From positions 148,676,001-148,740,000 of the forward strand of contig OX597814.1 of assembly GCA_951406725.2 (NCBI GenBank): a DNA stretch of 64,000 bases, in the 5' to 3' direction. The DNA comes from Octopus vulgaris (taxonomy: Eukaryota). The position numbers and the translations under genes are program-made. Under the pieces are notes generated by a model, which was given only the letters and a program-made list of their open reading frames with translations, was not told the DNA's origin and made no database searches. Of the stretch, positions 55,660 to 64,000 are shown in pieces (position 1 is the stretch's first letter; the number at the start of each line of letters is the position of its first letter).

Positions 55660-56400
55660 ATATGAAAAACCCACAGCATATATTGTTGGGTGTGATAAAA
55701 AGTGTCAGTTGTCCACAGTCAGGAGACTTGTTTATTGGTCATGCTTCAAGAACTCTGCGAAGAATTCTTGCACATCGAAGTAATGCTGATTTTTGTAGAT
55801 GTTCTACATTCACGCTTGCACCGATCTTTTTCGGCCATGTTGGCAGTTGAGTGCTGATACTTCCAAGTCCACCAATTACTATTGGTATCACGTCTACTCT
55901 CTTCATTGACTACAACCTTCGCATTTCCCACTTCAAATCGTCATAGTTGTTTATTCTTTCTTCTTATTTCACATTGATCCTGTTGTCACCTGGGCATGGT
56001 ATGTTGATTATCATACATGTTATTTTTTTTATTCACCGTAATAATGTCCGGTTTCCGATGCCTGGTCGTTTGATCGCACTGGTTCATTGCATTGCACAGG
56101 ATTTTGCAGTTCTTATTTTTCGGTGATACCTACTAGGAATTGTTTGTACTACGTCTTTGCTGTTTCTAGACCGTGATTTCCGCAAAGCTCACAATGGATC
56201 ATTCATGCCACATTGTCATGAGGTCTTTTGTATTCGTGTTGTCCTCATTTCGGGTTTTCGCTAACAATGTAACATATCGTTTAACCCCTCCTTCCACACA
56301 CTCTACACTTGTTGCTATGAGTAGCGTTGTCTATTCCACACTTCATACAGTTGGCCCTTAATGCTTGTTCCTAAGCTGCGCTTATGAGTGTTTGTATCTT
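55660..56400 (-). mobile_element. R4/Dong-like RLE LINE 3' fragment
   Basis: AA*EQALRAN, KCRVCG, EYKRPHDNVA, HRKPDII, CPGDNR, YDDLKWEMRRL, VIPIVIG, LQKSALLRCARILRRVLEA*. Confidence 0.9.
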
Positions 56401-56499
56401 TATCTTCAGGCCGCTCCTCCTCCTCCGTAGACGCTGGTCCTTATTATTACTGTATTATTTTCATATACACTCTACAGATTGGACTGTTGGAAAACAAAA

Positions 56500-56716
56500 C
56501 ATTATAACATCAGGCGACACCAATAACATCAGATACCAAAGAAAACCTCCTATCGGGCTACGACAATTAACCTTAGATGTCAGGAACCGCCCTAAGTACC
56601 CTAGCTGTCCCTAAATCATTGTTTTCTGGAATTGTACTAAGCCGGTTCTATGCCTATTTTCTCTATCCCTCTGTGCAGATCTTTAGTGATAGTTCCCAAT
56701 GCACCTATTAATACTA
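56500..56716 (-). mobile_element. Second R4/Dong-like 3' terminal fragment, adjoining (TAA)n
   Basis: VLIGALGTITKDL...LGTARVLRRFL; the 5' junction is in the TTA array at 56718-56830. Confidence 0.75.
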
Positions 56717-56744
56717 GTTTATTATTATTGATATTATTATTATC

Positions 56745-56809
<65 letters not shown>

Positions 56810-56857
56810 CATTATTATTTTTATTATTAGTTGAAAGTGATCATGATGATTAAGACT

Positions 56858-56992
56858 GGGAGCTGGCAGAATCTTTTCCGGGGGAGAAGGGTCCACTTTG
56901 CTTCCATTCTTTCAGGATCAATAAATTAAATATCAGTTGAGCAGAGGGATTGATGTAATCGTCTCACCTTTCTCCATATTGAGACCATTATT
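56858..56992 (+). mobile_element. SINE family A, internally deleted
   Basis: GGAGCTGGCAGAATC head, decayed core, and TTGAGACCATTATTA tail as at 55078. Confidence 0.6.
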
Positions 56993-57119
56993 AAACTCGT
57001 TGTTGCTGATGATGCAGTTAAATGTATTATTATAGTATTAATATGTTAAGAAGGCACAAAATACTTGTAGTGATTGATTATTGTCGTAACATTCTAAATT
57101 GAAATTCCACCGAAGCTAT

Positions 57120-57236
57120 TATTGCATTGCAAGCTTTTCAGATCAATAAAGTGCAATGCCATTGGAGTACTAGGCCGTCGGCAATAACTTATACCTGCCT
57201 TCAAAATGTGCGGCCTTCTACCTGCATTAGAAACAC
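57120..57236 (-). mobile_element. SINE family A fragment
   Basis: Decayed reverse complement of the family A tail, comparable to 3076-3190. Confidence 0.45.
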
Positions 57237-57257
57237 TTATTATTATTATTATTATTA

Positions 57258-57303
<46 letters not shown>

Positions 57304-57313
57304 TATTATTATT

Positions 57314-57351
<38 letters not shown>

Positions 57352-58235
57352 AATTGTTGTTTTTGCTGGTGTTGTTGTTACTAGTGGTGGTGATTTTAAT
57401 TTAGTCACTATCATAACAGTTTTGAGGTCTTCGAATCGCTACAAAGATTTTGGACTGTTTACGAAACACAAATGTAGGAAAATCATTTAGTTTTCGATAA
57501 TTATTTTTCTACACTGAAGCTCGTGGACCTCGTTGGACAAATGCCACACACCAAGAGAGATATACGCTTTTCCATTTATAATATATTGTAACTTTTCTGA
57601 TTTTGCCTACGTCCTTGGAGTTTTGCCAGAAAAACACGTTATCAAAACAAATGTATATATACGTAACGGCATGGACAATAATAACTTATGGTGACAAATT
57701 TAATTTCAAGCTAAACCCATGCATTATACATGAATAATAAGTAATAATGTTATTTTGAAAGTTAAAAAAGCAATTTCAGCAAATACAATGCCAATAACAA
57801 GAACGGACACGTTTTACAAAGGTAAACAAAGTAAGACAACCGAAGTCAAAATTTGTTTGGGGGGTTACCCCATACAGGACGCCGGCAACACTTTATCTAG
57901 TGTTGCAAACAGCAGAACAACTCTCAGTACCACGAAATATACACGGAAAAATGTCTACGAGGCAATGTCATGTGACAATTCTGTATAGAGAAGGTTCTTA
58001 AACACGAACACGTAAGCTGTTAGATCATGTATCTACACATCTCTAGGAATATCAGTTTGAAAAGCAAAACAGAAATATCCTTCGTATTCATTTTCTATTT
58101 TTAAATATACCCTGCCTTCATAAGAATTTTTCTTCACTTTCTATTTCTCTCTTTCTCCCTCTCCCCCTTTAGATAGAATAGAACAGAATAGATAGATAGA
58201 TAGATATATATATATATATGAATATATATATATAT

Positions 58236-58302
<67 letters not shown>

Positions 58303-58497
58303 CAGATATGCGTACATACGATACTATATATATATATATATATATATACATGTGAGTATGTGTGTGTGCGCGTGCGTGTAAATCCAATTCTATTCTTTTC
58401 ACTTTATATTTTAATTCGTGTTTATTATCTTTATATATATGCAGTCCTTATCAAACACCTTAACACAACCATTAATCGTCTAATAATTCTAAAGTTA

Positions 58498-58660
58498 GAC
58501 GCGGGTGATAAGAAGCTTCCTCCCAACCTCATGGTTCAGTGTTCAGTTCCACTTCGTGACATCTTGGGCAAGTGTCTTCTATTCCAGTCCTGGGCTGACT
58601 AAAGCCTTGTGAGTGGATTCGGTAGGGGGAAACTGAAAGAAATCCGTTCTATATATATAC

Positions 58661-58694
<34 letters not shown>

Positions 58695-58925
58695 ATGCAT
58701 GTATGTATGTATTTGTTACTTGTGTCTGTGTTTGTCTCCCCACCATCGTTTGACAACAGATGTTGGTGTGTTTACGTCCCCGTAATTTAGCGCTTCGGCA
58801 AAAGACACCAATATTATAAGTACCAGGCTTACAAAGAATAAATCCTGGGGCCGATTTGCTCGACTAAATGGCAGTGCTCCAGCATGGCCACAGTCAAACG
58901 ACGGAAACAAGTAAGAGAATAAAAG
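58498..58925 (+). mobile_element. SINE family B, full length
   Basis: tRNA-like head, CTTGGGCAAGTGTCTTCTA, internal TA/TG microsatellite, and tail ending AGCATGGCCACAGTCAAACGACGGAAACAAGTAAGAGAATAAAAGAAT. Confidence 0.85.
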
Positions 58926-60199
58926 AATATTTCGATAATGAAGAAAAAACTTAATTAACTGCTATACATTTGTACATCGTAACCATTGATATTATGCATA
59001 ATATGAATAAGAGTGCATTCCATCATTACATCTTCCCTTTGGCAATTGAGTCACTGCGAAGCACATGAACACTCAGCCATTATATCATTTTCTTTTGAAA
59101 CAAGTATTTGAATCTTTCTTTGTTTACAATGAACTCACGTTTTTGCAGATCTCAGTTCAGTTAACTGTATATATTTGAGCAGCTGGAAAGATTTTGTTGC
59201 GATTTTGTCTGACGCTTTGCTATGCATCAATCTTCAGAATGGCTCATTTCTTCAGCCCTTCAAAGTAACCTGAATTATATCATGTATTTGTACTGCAACT
59301 TCATTTATATCCAGCATTGCTATGTAAGTACAATTGGTAGCACAACTAAAGATAACATATCACGCCTCGTAGAATGTGTTTCAAGGAAAAGGTCAAGACT
59401 CTCAGACAATTTCATCAGTATCGTCTATAATCTTGTTTCGACCTTAAATGAGAACGAAAGAAGTTTGGCTTAGATAGAGGTTTATGATGAAACGCTGCTC
59501 ATTAATAACCTCTAAGTTTCTCTTTTGTTGTCCATCAAGCTGAAGTTGTAATGTTAGCTAAACACTCACAACTGTCAAGCAATGATTACCCATTATGATA
59601 AATGAAGTTATTTCTACAAAGAATCCAATATTTTTTCTTTTCTTTTTTTTTTTTTTTTTTTGTAATGCCTCAAGTTTCAATCATGATTTCTCAAACAAAA
59701 ATCGTTTCACTCACAGTTTGAAAAACTGACTTAGTGTTAATTATTATACACTGTGGGGGAAACGGCTACGATTAGATCCTGTCCTGGACCCCAGGGGAAA
59801 TGGATGGGATATCTAATATAATACGCCTTAAAATGGTTTGTAAATGTAAGAATGTAAGAAAATACGAATCATCACGCTTGTAGAGTGCAACATAAATGTG
59901 ATTGAAATATGTTTATTGAGAAAAGGGTATATTAGAATAAGTACAAGAAGGCATTTATATATTTCTATTATATTTATTTTTGTATATTGTCTTTATAGTT
60001 GTACAAAGAATTTTCTTGTTTCTTGCTTAGTTATACATGAAATACAATACAGTTGTTTTTTCTACATCTATACTAACACTACAAACGTCATTTTCGTTGG
60101 TGTATACAGACTTTTGTCCAAATCTGTAGGATTCTATACATTATATGTTTCAAAGTTTTCGACAAGGTCATTCTTTGTATAACGACCTTGGCCCAACTA

Positions 60200-60900
60200 T
60201 TGATTGAATATAAGTTTTGTTTTATCTTTTCTTACACATTTCTATAATGCTCTCTTTTAAAGTTTCATGTTATGTATGTGTGAATGAATTGAATGTAATT
60301 ACTCTCACTTGCTAATAATGAATGGTTTATTATTATTAAGATCGAGCGTTTCATGCATGTTTCTTCAGCATCAATTGAAGCGTTATTCTTTCTGATCTTG
60401 TGTGATGTATTGTGTTTTTAACATGCAGATCCGTGTAAGTATCTTACATCACATATGCTTTTGCTATGGAATTAGCATTGTTACTGATGCCATTTTACCG
60501 TTTCCTCTGTAGTGTAACGTATCCGCAGTGCATATTGTGTTATTTTGTTAGCAGTGAATCTGTTTAGTTTTTGATACGTAGCATCATGTGTTTCAATGTC
60601 AGATGGTGATGATTTTCTATTATATACACCGTGTGGGGTTTGTTTAGAAATAATGAGTTGCAACTTTATACTGTGTGAGTTGTGTGATTTATTTATCTTG
60701 CAGTCCTGTATAAGTTATGTAAGAGTGAATAGCTTGCGCATCATTGGTTGCTGATTGCTTAGAGCATGTGTGATATGTGTTGTGAGCAGAGTGGTGTTTG
60801 AGTTGTCTAGTGTAAGAGAAAGTCTCTTGCTTAGTTTGAGTGCTGTAAATAGTAGATCAAAGTTTAGACTTCGTTTAACATTGTGAGCCGCAGTTTATTT
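60200..60900 (-). mobile_element. Highly decayed Penelope-like element with a hammerhead remnant at 60338-60373
   Basis: TTLLTTHITHALSNQQPMMRKLF..LIISKQTP weakly resembles the RT-EN linker; CUGAAGA..GAAAC follows the presumed ORF end. Confidence 0.35.
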
Positions 60901-61049
60901 TGTATATCATGATCATATTTATGAATGATACGTAGTTTTCCAATTTTCATTGGTTCCCTATCTAATTTCATCGTCCAGACCCTGATTCTTCTAACTGTGA
61001 ATTGGGTGAACTTTGACAGTTTTTCCTTATTTTTATGTAATATATTTGA

Positions 61050-61300
61050 CAAAGTTGATCGCGATGAGTGAGTTATATTAGTGTTTTCGTTCAGGCATTT
61101 GATTATAACTAGACTATTTGCCTTGATTCTGTTATCGTTTTGGATAGGCAAATCCCAAATTATTACGTCTAGCATTAGCGTATAACTGTGTGACGTGCCA
61201 AGTAGAGATTTATAAAATTTGTGGTCCGTTTTCGTGTGGGAATATTCACGTATTGGACACAGTGGACACAGCTAGCAACTTGCTACTGCCAGCTTATTAT
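61050..61300 (-). mobile_element. R4/Dong-like RLE domain fragment
   Basis: DVIIWDLPIQNDNRIKANSLVI resembles ILWDxPIQTDxxIxANRPDIV. Confidence 0.55.
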
Positions 61301-62051
61301 TTTCGGGTAATTTCTCCTTTCGCTCTACATTCCCATCATGTTCTATCAGAAACATTAGCGTATCGGACAAAATACCTTTCGGTGTTGGTCCATGTTCTTA
61401 CGTATCCGGCCGTGGAAGGTTAATCATTGATATATGTGCCCTTGATAAAAGATATTAGCCGAAAACTGGTATCTGAGAATATGCTGGCTTTGTGCTTAAA
61501 GTAGGAAATGTAATTTTTTTCTTTTACTTTGCATGTTCGATGAAATGGCCTATAGCAAGTGAAAGTTAAGAGATGCTAGGTAGGAAAAGTTGGGAGGACA
61601 ATACAGAGATACCTTCGTATGATACAACACAAACATTTAAATTGATTGGGCTTTTCTAAGGACGTGAGCAAGCTGTGCTTGACAGCGCAATATTTTGGAT
61701 TTCTGTGAGATATAATTCTCCTGGGATGTCTAGATATTTCTGACATCCCTTTTTGTCATATCTAGAGCACCTGCAAAAACAGTAAATCAACATATAGTAA
61801 ATATTTAGTATTTAATAACGCAAACCTTCAAATACCTTCAAACATAGCAATAGCAACACCAGCAATGAAACTCCTTTATACTTGCTAAGATTTTGGTATG
61901 TCTTGACAGATAGGTTTATATAGATTTGGACAATCATATCAATGAGGAGGCATGGTTTTTGTCTGAAAACTTTCAACATATTTGGCCTATTTGCATCTAT
62001 CTTTCAATCATTTTGTTAGTTATTGTTGCTGTTGTTGTTGTTATTATTATT

Positions 62052-62084
<33 letters not shown>

Positions 62085-62130
62085 GCTGTTGTTGTTGTTG
62101 TTCTCCTCCTTCTTCTTCTTCTTCTTCTTC

Positions 62131-62170
<40 letters not shown>

Positions 62171-62187
62171 CATTATTATTATTATTC

Positions 62188-62465
62188 AGTAGTTTTATTT
62201 TTATAACGTGCTTTCACTTCACTACCGAGCGCAGCTCTGTGTGCCTTGGGTATGTGCTGTGGTTTGATTTGATGCTCTTATGATTACTGTATCGAAAGTG
62301 ATTTGCGTAGGATGTGTGCAGTGCCAAGTAGTGCAATTTTCAGTATGTTATATATATTTGTAAGTCCTGGTGTATTTATTATGTATTTGTCTGAATATTT
62401 TTTATCATACATAATGCGCCTACTATGATAGGAATTGTTTCTGTTTTTAGTTTCCACATTCGATT
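62188..62465 (-). mobile_element. Dong/R4-like 3' end inserted in a (TAA)n array
   Basis: RMWKLKTETIPIIVGALCMIK..PGLTNIYNILKIALLGTAHILRKSLSIQ*; TAA/TTA arrays on both flanks. Confidence 0.9.
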
Positions 62466-62488
62466 AATATTATTATTATTATTGTTGA

Positions 62489-62554
<66 letters not shown>

Positions 62555-62567
62555 CACTGCATGGGAG

Positions 62568-62645
62568 AGGAATGTGACACTGGATATGAATATGACACTG
62601 TGATATGACACTATGACATGAATGTGACACTGGATATGAATATAC
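62568..62645. repeat. Short minisatellite (ATGAATRTGACACTGGAT-like units)
   Basis: TGACACT repeated four to five times. Confidence 0.7.
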
Positions 62646-63054
62646 AAAACCCATGGTGCCGATTTGTGGAATGCAACACAGGTGCAAAGAGCAAAATATC
62701 CTCCATAAAAAGAAAGAATCTTTATGCAGTAAAACTTAGGCAAGATTTTACACTTTGCAGTTTTCCAATTTTCCATGAGCTGTCTGATCAACATTCGGAT
62801 ATAGCAAACAAAAATATATCGGTGATGATATCAACTAATATCTCGTGGTCATATTTTGTTGTATGATATTATCAGTGCCATTATGTCTATCAGTGATTTC
62901 TTACGTTCTTTCAATTGTCAGTGGTCTTACATTTTTCAACACTCCATAACATCATTGTTCATAGAGTTTTGTCGCTAAGTAGCTTTCGAAAGAAGGGTGC
63001 AAATATGGCTAGAAAATGCAGATGTTGTACACTAGAAAATATTATAAGTTCAAA

Positions 63055-63202
63055 AGTGGTAAGTAGCTTGCTTACCAACCACATGGTTCCGGGTTCAGTC
63101 CCACTGCATGGCACTTGGGCAAGTGTCTTTTCTTATAGCCCCGGGCTGAACAAAGCCTTGTGAGTGGATTTGGTAGACGGAAATTAAAAGAAGTCTGTCG
63201 TG
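63055..63202 (+). mobile_element. SINE family B, 5' part
   Basis: GTGGTAAGTAGCTTGCTTACCAACCACATGGTTCCGGGTTCAGTCCC..CTTGGGCAAGTGTC; appears little decayed. Confidence 0.9.
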
Positions 63203-64000
63203 TATATAGATATATATATTTATGAATTTACATTGACAAATCAATACCCAGTAAGGGATATAATCAACATCCCGTGAAAGAGAGTAACTGCAAAATGAGG
63301 GAGAGGCCATCTCGTAAGAGATATATAAAATATATGTTGGGAATACTTATGTATATATACCGTAACATATATTTGCCAACTAAGTGTGGTGTTCTATACA
63401 GGACAGTGCTACTGATGTTTATAGACCCAGGAAGACATCTCCTCCAGTTAGCTAACGACACACATTCTTTGTCCAATTAGTATTTGCTAGGGAAGATCAT
63501 CGCTCCTATCTTTAGATTTACGTGATATACATGTAGTCAGTTTTCTGGGGGGTTACTCGTCCTCAGCGTGTGTTAGTCACCAGCTAGTGATGGAAGCTCA
63601 CTCCTCTTGCAAATTGGTATATATTTTTCTAGCTAGCCATTGTCTGTGATCTCGTAGAAGAGAGAGAATGTGATATTAAATCTCTGAGCGGGATATAAAC
63701 AGTACGGAACTGTAACATATATTTGCCATTTAAGTGTGGCGTCGAATACATAGAAATACACATATGCACACTCACACACACACGGTTACGCGCGCGCACA
63801 CATACACATATTTATATGGAGTAAGTTTAGGTATATAAGCTTATAACGTATAGTCAAATTGAAAAATTGTACTGTATGCATTCATGTTAAATCTTTGACC
63901 TATTTACTTCTTATTTTCATTTAAGTGTGTTAGTGCATAATGACATGTGCGTCCTATAAACCCCATTCATGACACGGAGTAAATATTAACTAAAATAATA

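Noticed and set aside
59050-59600. Possible hAT/Charlie transposase remnant on the minus strand
   Set aside because: Only vague similarity across many frameshifts; needs an HMM search.
63055-63110. tRNA gene
   Set aside because: A/B-box-like head without a cloverleaf, continuing into a SINE body.

Overview
AT-rich, microsatellite-dense eukaryotic DNA with no recognisable intact host gene; most ORF-track entries are translations of simple repeats. The SINE and LINE repertoire resembles that of octopus/coleoid cephalopods (an inference from recalled repeat families, not a database result). The window is mostly decayed transposable elements: several mariner remnants, a Chapaev-like DNA transposon end, two non-autonomous Helitrons, RTE, CR1, Tx1-like and R4/Dong-like LINE fragments, Penelope-like (GIY-YIG) retroelements and about ten tRNA-derived SINEs. 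The most striking feature is a set of type I hammerhead ribozyme (HHR) motifs. Three unrelated palindromic mini-elements (10372-11077, 13222-13380, 25868-26060) each carry a divergent pair of hammerheads and sit in TA/TG microsatellites. Minimal hammerheads with an unusual core also end the Penelope copies. Other observations are a SINE 3' tail shared with a Tx1-like LINE, microsatellite-associated R4/Dong-like insertions and a speculative minus-strand spliced transcript. All alignments, folds and family assignments were made by eye, and element boundaries are approximate unless termini are quoted.
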